Notes: a model not told the origin generated them from the letters alone. A stretch of 64,000 bases of DNA from Octopus vulgaris (GCA_951406725.2 OX597837.1:7440001-7504000); one strand, 5' to 3'; counted from the stretch's first letter, positions 1 to 13,345 are shown. Numbers and translations: made by a program.

Positions 1-784
1 AGAGAGGTGGCCAAACCACTACATCCAGTTGGTAAATGTATAACACTACAAACATACAAAAACACATAGCCACACATATATACATGCACATATGCACACA
101 CGTTGACTCTGGCCATAAGTCACAGCTAAGGATAACATGAAGGCAGGTCTCATGCTTTTTGTAATTTGTTTTTGGTGTGCCTGTAGTCGCAAGCTGAGAG
201 AGAGACACCCCTGTCTGCCCTTCCAACCTTGACCCACCAGGACAACACCCACACGGTAGAGAAGAGAGAGAGATAGAGGGAATGAGTGAGAGACAAGGAA
301 GGGGGAAGAGTGAGAGTGGATGAGAGGAGGGGGGAGAGGGGAGAGGGGGGAAATGTGGGGTGAGAAACAGTCAGAGAGGGAGAGGAAGAAATGGAGAATG
401 AGAGAGAGGAGAATGAAGGGGAGAAAGCGGGAGGGTGGCAGGGAAGGGGTGATAGGGAAGGAAGAGAGAGGGAGGTGAGAGGGAGAGGAGAAGGGGAGAG
501 GAGGAGGGAAGAGAGAGATATGAAGAGGGCAGCATCAGCCCTGGGCTGGTACTTTATTTATCAAACTCTGAAGGAATGAAAAGCAGAGTTGATGTTGGCA
601 AGATTTGAACTCACAATACAGAGATCCAGGTAATACACTGCAACACAATCTTTTCGTCACTCTAAAAACTTTGCCACTTACCCCTATGTATGTATGTGTA
701 TGTATGTATATGTATGTATGGATATATATATGTCTGTAGGTAATTGTGAATATGTGTCCTTTAAGTATGTATTTAATAAATGTG

Positions 785-1190
785 TCTCTTTCTCTTTTAC
801 TTGTTTCAGTCATTTGACTGCGGCCATGCTGGAGCACCGCCTTTAGTCGAGCAAACCGACCCCGGGACTTATTCTTTTGTAAGCCCAGGACTTATTCTAT
901 CGGTCACTTTTGCCGAACCACTAAGTTACGGGGATGTAAACACACCAGCATCGGTTGTCAAGCAATGCTAGAGGGATGAACACAGACACACAAACACACA
1001 CACATATATATATATATATACATATATACGACAGGTTTCTTTCAGTTTCAGTCTAACAAGTCCACTCACAAGGCTTTGGTCGGCCCGAGGCCATAGTAGA
1101 AGACACTTGCCCAAGGTGCCACACAGTGGGACTGAACCCGGAACCATGTGGTTGGTAAACAAGCTACTTACCACACAGCCACTCCTGCGC
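785..1190 (-). mobile_element. tRNA-derived SINE family A (bipartite, internal microsatellite); roughly 30 full or half copies in the window
   Basis: Head GGCGCAGGAGTGGCTGTGTGG with A/B boxes (GGTTCAGTCCC), CORE-like ACCTTGGGCAAGT, then (TA)n(TG)n, then a tail ending CCAGCATGGCC...GAAACAAGTAAAAGAG. Confidence 0.9.
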
Positions 1191-1824
1191 ATGTGTGTGT
1201 GTATGTATGTGTGTGTGCATGTACATTAATGAGTATATATATTGACTGAGTCAGTGATTAATGAACATGTGTGTATACTTGTGTGTGGTTAATGAGTATG
1301 CGTCTTTAATTAATGTGTGTATGTCTATGTGTGCAGATGGGTATGTATGTTTAATAATGATATATGTGTTTAATAAAAGTGTGTGTGTGTGTGTTTAATG
1401 ATTATGTGTGTCTATGGGGTGTACCTAATAAGATATATAGTAAATGAAATAAAGGCCAGCCACCTCTAATAAATAAATAGACGAGCCAAGAGACAGCAAT
1501 ATTAATTAACGAACAACCTAATACAATGGAGTCACTCCATGATTACGACCACCACCATTATTATTATCCGTGGCTGTTTAATACCGACCGTTGTTCGGTT
1601 AAAAACACCGAGATGGCAAGTGGCTGAGATATACGAGATACATCACATTGTCATACAGTTGCCATGTAATATGTGTATGTGTGTGTATATGTGTGTGTGT
1701 ATATATATATGTGTGTGTGTGTATATATATATATATGTATATATACATGTGCGTATATATACATATATATATATATATGTATATATACATATGTGTGTAT
1801 ATATATATATGTGTGTATATGTAC

Positions 1825-1876
<52 letters not shown>

Positions 1877-3058
1877 ATATACTTGTTGCTAAATTGAGAA
1901 GGTCAACACGTATTTCATATCATGAATTTTGAATTTTAAGTTTTTAATTTTGATGAAGAAAAACAGATTTTATTTTTCATAATGTAATTAATTGCTTTAT
2001 TCATCAATAAAAAAAAAACGGGTCTGAAACAACTGTAGTGAACCTTAACTCATTGGTGACCTTTCTTTAATTATTCTTGTATCTTCCATCTTCCGCCTTT
2101 CTCATTACTCAAATACCCAACAAACACCAAGAAACTGAACGGGCTTAACCGGTGAGCCACCAGGTATATACCATACAATTTATTATCTTTGATATATATA
2201 TATATCATCATCATCATCATCGTTTAACGTCCATAGGTTGGACGGTTTGACCGGGGTCTGGGAAGCCAGGAGGCTGCACCAGGCTCCAGTCTGATCTGGC
2301 AGTGCTTCTACAGCTGGATGTCCTTCCTAACACCAACCACTCCATGAGTGTAGTGGGCATCCAGCTGTAGAAACACTGCCAGATCAGACTGGAGCCTGGT
2401 GCAGCTTTCTGGCTTCCCAGACCCCGGTCGAACCGTCCAACCCATGCTAGCATGGAAAACGGACGTTAAGCGATGATCATGATGATATCTGTGTAGATAT
2501 GTACAAATGCTTTGTTTGTATGTGTATAAATGTTCCTGTGTGTGTATCTACCAGTTTCTCTTACGTATATACATCTACCGCAGTATACATATATATGTAC
2601 ATATATGATGGATTGTGTATGCATGTGTGTGGGCATGAGTGTGTGTGTGTGTGTGTGTGTGTCTGCATACATACAATACACGTGAGTAAATAAGAAGGCA
2701 TCCCAGCCTTAATCAATGGTTAATTAATTATTTAATTATAAAACGAAAAACAATTAAAAATAAGATTTGATATACATGTGGAACTAAATTGATTTTATTG
2801 GTCTGGATAAACACACACACACACATACGGGTGTGTATATATATGTGTGTGAACAATTCATATATATATGTTCACTTACACAAATGCACACATGCTTAAA
2901 GAACACAGAAAAAATATATATGAACATAGACATATATATATATATATATATAATTAATCAATATAGGGTGGCAAAAAAAAAATTTTGTAGAATTCTTTTG
3001 CCACCAGCGGCCTAGTAGGAAAAAATTAAAATAGTCATAGACCATTTTTAAGTTCAAC

Positions 3059-3304
3059 ATCAACAATAAAGGAACGGCCATAATAGGCCATTCACCTACT
3101 AGAAATAACAGCCAAAGCTTCAACCGCAAATAAAAGTTAATTCAGTAAACCAGGAGAAAATTTAAAAACATTTAATCTGTAAATTTACAGGGTAAATGTT
3201 TTTAAATTTTCTCCTGGTTTACTGAATTAACTTTTATTTGCGGTTGAAGCTTTGGCTGTTATTTCTAGTAGGTGAATGGCCTATTATGGCCGTTCCTTTA
3301 TTGT

Positions 3305-3308
<4 letters not shown>
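3059..3308. repeat. 250-bp near-perfect palindrome
   Basis: Arms are exact reverse complements about 3183/3184 except two positions near the centre. Ends at (TA)n. Confidence 0.95.
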
Positions 3309-3345
<37 letters not shown>

Positions 3346-3446
3346 TACATAGAAGCAGACAGATGCATATAGAATCACATAGACACACACACATATATAT
3401 ATATGAACATACACATATGCACGAATACGCAAGTACGCACACAAAC

Positions 3447-3457
3447 CTTTCCTCACC
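3447..3457 (-). other. Candidate 11-nt microexon
   Basis: About 175-nt AG-free U-rich tract ending ttttcTGCatctag|GGTGAGGAAAG|GTTTGT. Confidence 0.3.
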
Positions 3458-3746
3458 CTAGATGCAGAAAACAAAACAAAACCAAGCAAAAAAAATAAAC
3501 AAGGAAAAAAAACAAAGAAAACACCCAACCAAAGTTGTTAAAAAAATGACATTGAAAGGTTAAAGGTTAAAAATAAGTGTCAAAAATTTAAAACAACAAC
3601 CGAACGTAACAAAACAAAATGACCAGAGTTGAACTACAGCAAGAATTTTCTGTGTTTTCTGTGGAGGCGAGCAGGGGGGTGGCAGAGGGTGGGGGGTCAG
3701 GTGACATAGTATTTGATTTAATAAACTAATAATGTCAAAAACCTAA

Positions 3747-3795
<49 letters not shown>

Positions 3796-4209
3796 GACAT
3801 ATATTTATGTATCTTTATGTATATATATATGCATGTATGCTATGTAGGTCTAAATGATGTCAGGAAGAATTCACAACAGGAATGGGAGAATTTTTGTAAC
3901 TTTAGTACTTCTTAACAGTTTTATAGAATTCAGATAGCTTCACAAGGAATCGGTATACATATGAAATGGGGACGTAGAAATAATACACTCCATGTATGTA
4001 GTGTTGTTGTTGTTATCAATAGTACGCTAGACGAAATGCTTAGTGGTATTTCCTCTGTCGCTACGTTCTGAGTTCAAATTCCGCCGAGGTCGACTTTGCC
4101 TTTCATCCTTTCGGGGTCGATAAATTAAGTACCAGTTACGCACTGGGGTCGATGTAATTGACTTAATCCCTTTGTCTGTCCCTATATGTTTAGCCCCTTG
4201 TGGGTAGTA

Positions 4210-4253
<44 letters not shown>

Positions 4254-4471
4254 GTATATGTGTGTTTTTGTTTTTCTGTGTGTGTTTGTGTCCCCATAAC
4301 TTGGCGGTTCAGTAAAAGAGACCGACAGAATAATTACTAGGCTTTCAAAGAATAAGTCCTGGGGTCAATTTGTTCGACTAAAGGCGGTGCTCCAGCATGG
4401 CTGCAGTCAAAATGACTGAAACAAGTAAAAGAATATATATGTACATTTATACGTATGTGTACATATATGTA

Positions 4472-4510
<39 letters not shown>

Positions 4511-4896
4511 TATATTGGATGAACGTACATATACATATATATAAGTATATAATTCCATACAAACACCTTTACACATGAAATTTATAAACAGAGAAAAGTA
4601 CCAAGCTACCAAGCGGTTGCAAGGGGAGCAACTCTTGCATGTCTTGGCTTCAGATTATTTTCCCCCCACCTAATCTCTATTTTTGTATCTTTTAACATAG
4701 AAGCAACGGGAGTGCTTCTAAATGGACGCATAATCTGCTAGAAATAGAAGCTGAATTTCACTCAAATCACACATTTTACTGGTTTGAAAAAAAACAAACA
4801 AAAAAGAAACGTATAATGTAATCCCATATGTAAACTGTCTGAAACAAAGAAATGATGGTGAGAAATTGAAAGAAGCCCATCGTATAAGTATGTATG

Positions 4897-4970
<74 letters not shown>

Positions 4971-4971
<1 letters not shown>

Positions 4972-5109
4972 ATGTAAAAAAATACAAACTGGGACAAGAA
5001 CGCAAAACATTTAGATGACTGAAGATTGAAGGCTTCGAATGTCCCGTCCGTGTTTTTTGTATCGTCTTCTAAATGTTTTGCATTCTTGTCCCAGTTTGTA
5101 TTTTTTTAC

Positions 5110-5112
<3 letters not shown>
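4971..5112. repeat. Fold-back element in (TA)n; non-inverted sister copy at 46021-46148
   Basis: 45-bp inverted arms around a spacer. The spacer and right arm match 46056-46148. Confidence 0.85.
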
Positions 5113-5154
<42 letters not shown>

Positions 5155-5169
5155 ATTATATATATATAC

Positions 5170-5479
5170 AGTGCGCAATGGCCCAGTCGTTAGGGCAGCG
5201 GACTCGCAGGTCGTAGGATCGCGATTTCGATTTTCCAGACCAGGCGTTGTGAGTGTTTATTGAGCGAAAGCACCTAAAGCTCCACGAGGCTCCTTCAGGG
5301 TGTGGTGGCAATCCCTGCTGTACTCTTTCGCCACAACTTTCTCTCACTCTTTCCTCTGTTGGCCTGCCCGCTTAGCTAGTGGGGTGGTGTCATTTGAAGG
5401 CTAAAACAATGCAAAGCGCATTGTGACCAGCGATGTGTAGCAACATCTGATAGACTGGTCGGTCATGGTGATCACGGTG

Positions 5480-5480
<1 letters not shown>
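5170..5480 (+). mobile_element. tRNA-derived SINE family D
   Basis: tRNA-like head with A/B boxes and a short repeat tail; head-only copy at 50188-50262. Confidence 0.75.
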
Positions 5481-5510
<30 letters not shown>

Positions 5511-5675
5511 TCTATATGAGTTAGAGGTTAAACAACCATCTAAGGGATAATAAATATCCAGTATACTACTGGATGTATACCTATGTGTTTATATCCAAAT
5601 GCTCCCTGTTATAAGGCAATAGTGTAATTAAATACTTCGTATGAGTTGGGGTAAAGCAAAAATTTACCCAGAATT

Positions 5676-5797
5676 TATAAGGCAAAGAAGAAAATGGAAA
5701 AGATAATTAATTAATAAACGTCAGCCTGCAAAAACCAATCAATGTTTGCAGGATGATGTTTGTTAATTATCTTCTCCATTTTTTTCTTTGCCTTATA
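5676..5797. repeat. Imperfect hairpin with about 55-bp arms ending at (TA)n
   Basis: tataaggcaaagaagaaaatgg... pairs with ...ccattttttctttgccttata. Confidence 0.8.
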
Positions 5798-6480
5798 TAT
5801 ATATATATATATGGGGGGGGTCTGCATTTGTCCGCCGCCCCCCATCACCTTTTGACAACTGGTGTTTCTATGTTTATGTCCCCATAACTTAGCGGTTCAG
5901 CAAATGAGATTAATAGAATGAGTACTAGGTTTAAAATAAAGGAGTCCTGGGGTTGAATTGTTTGACTAATACCCTTCAAGGCAGTGCTCCAGTATGGCTG
6001 TAATTCAATGACTGAAACAGATAATGAATAGATAAAACAAAACAGGTCTTTGCTGGATCAAGGACAGCTGACCTGGGGCTAAAACAACAACCACATCACC
6101 AGAAGCAACAAAAACAACAACAAAAACAACGACGACGACGATGATGATGACAACCGTCCAAACCAGACAAACTCCCTGGGTCCGTTCCATGAAAACGGAT
6201 CGGATCGTTGAAATGCTGAAAGCGTAAATGGAAGGAAATAGAGGAAAAGAAAGAGGGGACAAGCACTGACATTAAATAGAAGAAGAAGAACAAGTAAAAA
6301 AAAAAAAAGAGGGGAGACATAAAGAGAAAACAAACCAACCACCGTAACCAGAAAAAAAAAGTTTCTCAAAAGACAAGTATTTAGTTATTTCAGTGACAGA
6401 CATGCTAGAAATAACAGCAAAATTTCCCACAAATTCAACCTTGCTGGCTAAATAAAAAGGAAGGTTATTCAAAGGAAAGT

Positions 6481-6544
<64 letters not shown>

Positions 6545-7526
6545 GTTTATATATATATATAATATATAGTTAATATATATATATATTATTATATATTTAA
6601 TAGATATATAATATATATAATTGATATATATAATTAATAGATATATAATACATATTACATATTATAGATGTAATATATAATAATATATAAAATGTATATT
6701 ATATAGTATAATTAATATATATATATATATATATATAAATATATAATATTATTTGATATATAAGCAATATGGCAGAATGAAAATAGCTTGAGGGTGGGAG
6801 AATTGCACAAAATATAAACAAGAATTAAGAGACTCTCATTAATTATACAGTGAGTTTAATAATAATAACTTCGATCAACTGAGATTTTTCAAAGCAATTA
6901 ATTTATTAGTAGACAAAAAAAGTCTCCACCAGCTCATGTTTTAAAAAATACAAACAAGGGAGTTAACTCCAATAAGATCAAATGATCGGAAAATTTTGAT
7001 TGATCACAGATAAACCAGTGCTTCTCAAAATCTATCACCCCTTTTTTTTTTTCTTGTACAAACATGCTTTTAAAACTTTCAGCTAAATTAAATATACCAC
7101 ATGTTGTTTGTACAATCCATGTATAGGCACACAGAATGATTTAGGTGGTGGCTGCCTTTGTTACATGTATGGTAATACCAGCAAATTTTGAAAATAGTTC
7201 TTAAACTTTAATTTTATTATACACATATAAAAAGTTGCCTTTCATCCTCTTGAGGTCATTGAAATAAGTACCAGTTGTGTACTGGTGTTGATGTAATCAA
7301 CTAACCCCCTCCCAATTTTCAGGCCTTGTGCCTATAATAGAAAGGATCATCAACATCCTTATTAGTTAGTTAGTTAATTATTTTGAAGCTAATATTTAAT
7401 TATTGCTCTGTCGTGCCCCCTTTGTCATCAGTACCTACTGTAAAAATACCGCTACACCTCATGGGTGAGGATCCACCATAGCACAACCATACTATATACA
7501 GACACAATAAGTATAGGCAGTTTGCA

Positions 7527-7557
<31 letters not shown>

Positions 7558-7577
7558 ATATATAAGCTAATAATAGT

Positions 7578-7835
7578 GGAGGTGCATGGCTTAGTGGTTA
7601 GGGTGTCAGCACCACAATTGTAAGATTGTGGTTTCGATTCCTGGACCGAGCGACGCATTGTGTCCTTGAGCAAATCACTTCATTTCACGTTGCTCCAGTC
7701 CATTCAGCTGGCAAAAATGAGTAAAGCTGTTATGGGCTGGCGTCCCGTCCAGCTGGGGAACACATACGCCATAAAACCCAGGAAACCGGGCCCATGAGCT
7801 TGGCTAGGCTTTAAAAAGGGCACATTTATTTATTT
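7578..7835 (+). mobile_element. tRNA-derived SINE family E (CORE/V-like)
   Basis: TGGCTTAGTGGTTAG and GTTTCGATTCC boxes, TGTGTCCTTGAGCAA, GGGCTGGCGTCCCGTCCAG. Related heads at 33225, 34930, 43215 and 60420. Confidence 0.75.
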
Positions 7836-8882
7836 TTAAACTACTAATAATAATAATAATAATAATATAACTATGATAATATATCATAGTAGTAATATAT
7901 ATATTCTCTGATTTAAAGTGACATCATCATTTAACGTCCGCTTTCTATGCTAGCATGGGTTGGATGATTTTGACTGAGGGCTGGCGAACCAGATGGCTGC
8001 ACCAGGCTCCAATCTTGATTTGGATGCCCTTCCTAACGCCAACCACTCCGAGAGTGTAGTGGGTGCTTTTTACGTTATATATAAACAAATTGGCTGGAAA
8101 ATAATGAGCTGACCCTACCCAGAATTGAACATACAAAGCCTAATGGTTTAAATATGATATGTATATATGTTTATATATATATATATATATGTAACATATG
8201 GTATAATTATAAACAGGGCAAATTTTAGGCATTTCTCCACAGACTGGAAAACTTTAATTGATTTTAGCCGCAGCATTTCATGTCTTTATGTTCTGGTTTC
8301 AAATCCTGTTGAAGTTGATCTTGCCTTTTTCATCCTTTTTAAGTCCATTGAGCATTGGGGGTCAATGTAATCACCTTATCCCTCCCCGTAAAACTTGCTG
8401 GCCTTGTGCTAAAATTTGAAAGAAATCAAAGACTTTCGTTACCAACCTGGCTGAAACTGCCTCTGTCTCTGTAATACAAATGTCTTGTTTCCATAAGTTC
8501 TGAATTAAAATCTTCCACCAAACCTTAGTCACAATTTATGTTCCCAACACTAGCTGAATGATAACTAAGTTATTTTACTAAATTCTTTGTTATATTTAAA
8601 GTAATTGAGAGAAACACAGAGCATCTCAAAATGAATACAGTAACGAAAGGGTTAAATAAAATCTGGAAAGACACATTATCTTCCACTGGCTCTTTTCTCA
8701 TCAGCACCCATAAAAGACAAATTCCCCTGCCAACCATTTGCACAGAGAGCAGTACTGGATACTGCTCATTTTGAGAAGCACTGCTATAGATAATGTGGGC
8801 TGTTGGCTATGGAGGACCGGATTTTAAACACCAATTGGTGGACACACAGACATTTTTTTTAGATCTTATTAGATTTACTCAC

Positions 8883-8918
8883 AAATTATTATTCAAGCCA
8901 TTAGTACACAAAAACTCC
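8883..8918 (-). other. Candidate 36-nt stop-containing (poison) exon
   Basis: Pyrimidine tract then ctacag|GGA GTT TTT GTG TAC TAA...TTT|GTGAGT. Confidence 0.25.
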
Positions 8919-9273
8919 CTGTAGATGTGTTCAAAATCAAGAAAATTATAAAAGAAGGAAAGAAAATAAACACCAAGCAAGGGAGACAACTTGATTAAGT
9001 TCAGTTGATCGAAATTTTTTTTTTCCGTTTTTGGCTAATTTTTTTTTTTTGTTTTCGGTAATTTTTTTTTGGGGTTTTGTTTTTGACAATATAAGCAAGA
9101 TGAAGAAGATGATTAAGAAAACTTTAAAAGGAGTACTGAAAACCGAAACAGCAAACCACTGCAACCAGCCAAACCCTCTCAAGCGGAGAGAGAGAGTATT
9201 TGAGTATTTCAGCAAGAAACATGCTACAAAAGAAGATCAGATACTGACGTACATGTATGGGTCGACTTCTTAC

Positions 9274-9510
9274 CGTCTGCTGCTCCACGCCAGGGACAAC
9301 TCCGACACCCCCGTTGGACGGAGGCGGCACTACTGTTGCTGCTGTCGCGTACACTGTGGCTTGCTCTGCTTTAAACTGGGCAGCGGGGTCTGCAACAGCG
9401 GCACCGGCAGCAGACACTGTCGGCGCCTGGCTTACCACTTGATGGTGGTACTCTTCCAGCCCAGTCTGTGCATATTGATATGTTGGGGTCATCTGGTTTT
9501 GCACCATGTG
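9274..9510 (-). CDS. Rbfox1: Internal coding exon (79 aa, phase 0-0) of a probable Rbfox/Fox-1 RNA-binding protein gene, N-terminal region
   Basis: Acceptor ttttgtttctttgcag| and donor ACG|GTAAGA. Non-repetitive, GC-richer 237-nt frame HMVQNQMTPTYQYAQ...NGGVGVVPGVEQQT. From recall, the HMVQ start followed by A/P/Q-rich sequence matches the N-terminus of protostome Rbfox1 (Drosophila MYYPHMVQ...). The RRM is not in the window, so identity is inferred. Confidence 0.68.
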
Positions 9511-9542
9511 CTGCAAAGAAACAAAAAAACAATTATAACAAC

Positions 9543-9594
<52 letters not shown>

Positions 9595-9604
9595 TTTTTT
9601 CTTT

Positions 9605-10177
9605 TTTATTGCCCACAAGGGGCTAAACATAGAGGGGAAAACAAGGACAGACGAACGGATTAAGTCGATTACATCGACCCCAGTGCGTAACTGGTACTTA
9701 ATTTATCGACCCCAAAGGATGAAAGGCAAAGTCGACCTCGGCGGAATTTGAACTCAGAATGTAACGGCAGACGAAATACCTATTTTTTACTGCCCACAAG
9801 GGGCTAAACATAGAGGGGAAAAACAAGGACAGACGAACGGATTAAGTCGATTACATCAACCCCAGTGCGTAACTGGTACTTAATTTATCGACCCCCAAAG
9901 GATGAAAGGCAAAGTCGACCTCGGCGGAATTTGAACTCAGAATGTAACGGCAGACGAAATACCTATTTCTTTACTGCCCACAAGGGGCTAAACACAGAGA
10001 GGACAAACAAGGACAGACATAGATATTAAGTCGATTATATCGACCCCAGAGCGTAACTGGTACTTATTTAATTTAATCGACCCCGAAAGTCGACCTCGGC
10101 GGAATTTGAACTCACAACGTAACAGCAGACGAAATACGGCTACGCATTTCGCCCGGCATGCTAACGATTCTGCCAAG
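9605..10177 (-). mobile_element. SINE family B head-to-tail trimer
   Basis: Three units of about 180 nt; only the first has the head. Confidence 0.9.
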
Positions 10178-11710
10178 AATATCAGAGATGTTATGTACCA
10201 TGTGACTTCTTTTATTGAAAAGTATTTCTAACATTTCGGTAAATGGAATCTAGCACTGTTGCGTTCCAGTCAAACACTACAAGAAGCATACATCGGAAGA
10301 TTACAGCTGCCATTGGAAATGTGTTGGGTTAGCACAAATAGTAATTCTTGCTTTGGATATGAGATACGAGGGAGGTTGGCACCGGGGGGGGGGAATGGAT
10401 GTTCTTGTATCTTTGGGTTGTTTTTTTTTGTATATAATATTTTTTTAATGTATTGTTTTTTTGTTATTGTTATTGTTGTTGTTGTTGTTATCATAGGAAT
10501 TGATTGTATCAAAGCATCCAGCAATGCGGCGAACTGATTAATCAATAAATAAACACAAAGAGGTTAAGGTGATGGAGGCACGGGGGGTGGGGGAAGCTGG
10601 AAAGGAGGGAAGAGAGGGGGTGGGGGTGCAGCAGTAACAAAACCAATAACAACAACTAAAACAAAAAAAAAACGATAACAATGATAGCAGATATACAATG
10701 ATGTTGATGATGATGATGATGATGACAATGATGATGGTGGTGGCTGTAACAGTGCTGCTGATGATGATGATGGTTGTGGTGGTCGTTGTGGTAGTAATGT
10801 TGTTGGTGGTGGTGGTGGTGGTGGTGGTGGTAGTAGTGGTTAGTGGTGGTACTGATGAAGACGACAGTGGTAGCAACGGCGGTGGTGAGTGGTAGCAATG
10901 GCAATGGTAGTGGCAATGATAATGATGACGGTGGTGGTGGGACGATGATCATGATGGGGAGAAGGTGCAGGAGAAAATTGATCCTAACGATGATGATGAT
11001 GATGAAGATGATGACGATAATGTCAATGATAACGCTAATACTAATGATGGTGGTAGTGATGTACGGCAATGATGATGGTGATGAAAATGGTGGCAATCAT
11101 GATGACGACGATGACGCCGCTACCGCCGACCAAGATGATAACGATAAGACAAAACCGCAATCATATTGCAGCTGTGATAGGTAAAAGTGCAACTAGCTGC
11201 ATGTGGCTTCATGAACACAGATAATAAGACACATGACCTGCATTGTTAATTATCATCACCATCACCATCATCATCATCATCATCACATATGCATACACAT
11301 GCACACGAGCATTTTTTTTTAAAATATATTTTCTTATCAGTTTGCTTCTTTCGTGTGTTGGGGTTTTTTAGGGGGGAGTTTTTTGGGGGTTTTTTTTTTT
11401 TTGCTGCAGATATGAAAAATATAAAATATGAAAAAAAAAAAAAAAGATGAAACTCAAACACAGTCGTTTTTTTAATGAAATGCATAAATATGAATGACTG
11501 AGGCCCATTTATGTATTGATGGGTATGTGTGTCTGTGCGTGTCTATATATGTATATATATGTGTGTGTGTGCATGTATATGTGTATATATATGTATGCAT
11601 ATGTGTGTGTCTGCGCATGTATATATGTATATATATATATGTATGCATATATGTGTGTGTGTGTGTGTGTGTGTGCTTATTTATACATTCATATATGTGT
11701 GTGTGTGTGC

Positions 11711-11747
<37 letters not shown>

Positions 11748-12943
11748 TATATATGTGTGTGTGTGTGCTTATTTCTACATACATGTATATACATACATAC
11801 ACATACAAATATAGTGACATAGTTATATAGACATATATATACATATATAAAAAGCACATGTATGTACATGCACACATGCATACACATACACATATACACA
11901 CACACACATATACACACATATACACATATACACATATACACACACATACACACACATATATAACCACACACACACACACACACACAATTATGCTGCCCAT
12001 CATAAATCAATCAGACTTAGTGTGAAATACAAAAACTTCAAAGATGGAGAGAGAGAGAGAGAGAGAGAGAAGGCAATGCAGAATATAAAATGCAATCTAG
12101 AAGGTTTCCTTACAGTTTTCTTTAGAAGGCATTTAATTATGACTTGTGGATTAGATATACATGTATGTGTGTATATATATATATACGTAAAAGAATCATC
12201 CAAACGTGGCCGTTGCCAGCTACACCTTGACTGGCCTCCGTGCCGGTGGCATGTAAAAAGCACCAAACGATCGTGGCCATTGCCAGCCTTGCCTGGCACC
12301 TGTGCCAGTGGCACGTAAAGAGCACCCACTACACTCATGGAGTGGTTGGCGTTAGGAAGGGCATCCAGCTGTAGAAACACTGCCAGATCAGACTGGGCCT
12401 GGTGCAGCCTCCAGGCTTCCCAGACCCCGGTCGAACCGTCCAACCCATGCTAGCATGGAAAGTGGACGTTAAACGATGATGATGATATATAATGAATGTA
12501 TGAATGTATGTAAATATATATGTGAATGTATGTAAATTGCCATACAGTGGGATTGAACTTGGAACCATGTGATTAGGAAGCAAACTTGTGAACCACACAC
12601 CCACACCCGCACCTATATATACATACATTTGAAGGCGGCGAGCTGGCAGAAACGTTAGTGCGCCGGGCGAAATGCTTAGTGGTATTTCGTCTATCGTTAC
12701 GCCCTGGTTTCAAATTCCGCCGAGGTCGACTTTGCCTTTCATCCTCTCGGGGGTCGATAAATTAAGTACCTGATATGCACAGGAGTCGATGTAAGCGACT
12801 TAATTCGTTTGTCTGTCCTTGTTTGTCCCCTCTGTGTTTAGCCAGGTTGGTATCAAAAGGGTTAAGCGCTCTTACTGTTATTTCATTATTTTCTTCAAAC
12901 AAAATGCACAAAAAAGCTACACGTTTGTATTATGTTATATATA

Positions 12944-13114
12944 GGCGCAGGAGTGGCTGTGTGGTAAGTAGCTTGTTTACCAACCACATGGTTCCAGGTT
13001 CAGTCCCACTGCGTGGCACCTTGGGCATGTGTCTTCTACTATAGCCTTGGGCTGACCAAAGCCTTGTGAGTGGATTTGGTAGACGGAAACTGAAAGAAGC
13101 CCGTCGTATATATG

Positions 13115-13145
<31 letters not shown>

Positions 13146-13345
13146 TTGTGTATCTATGTTTGTCCCCCTAGCATTGCTTGACAACCGATGCTGGTGTGTT
13201 TATGTCCCCGTTACTTAGCAGTTTGGCAAAAGAGACCGATAGAATAAGTACTGGGCTTACAAAAGAATAAGTCCCGGGGTCGAGTTGCTCGATTAAAGGC
13301 GGTGCTCCAGCTTGGCTGCAGTCAAATGACTAAAACAAGTAAAAA
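12944..13345 (+). mobile_element. SINE family A, full length
   Basis: As above. Other near-full copies at about 17007-17365, 23496-23910, 29180-29590, 31700-32100, 33617-34020, 41545-41910, 42005-42428, 44507-45037 and 48560-48968. Confidence 0.9.

Noticed and set aside
5170-5250. tRNA genes at SINE heads
   Set aside because: A/B boxes are present, but no complete cloverleaf was seen and they run into SINE bodies.
9031-9663. 210-aa plus-strand ORF
   Set aside because: Antisense shadow of the minus-strand exon plus a (GTA)n repeat and a SINE.
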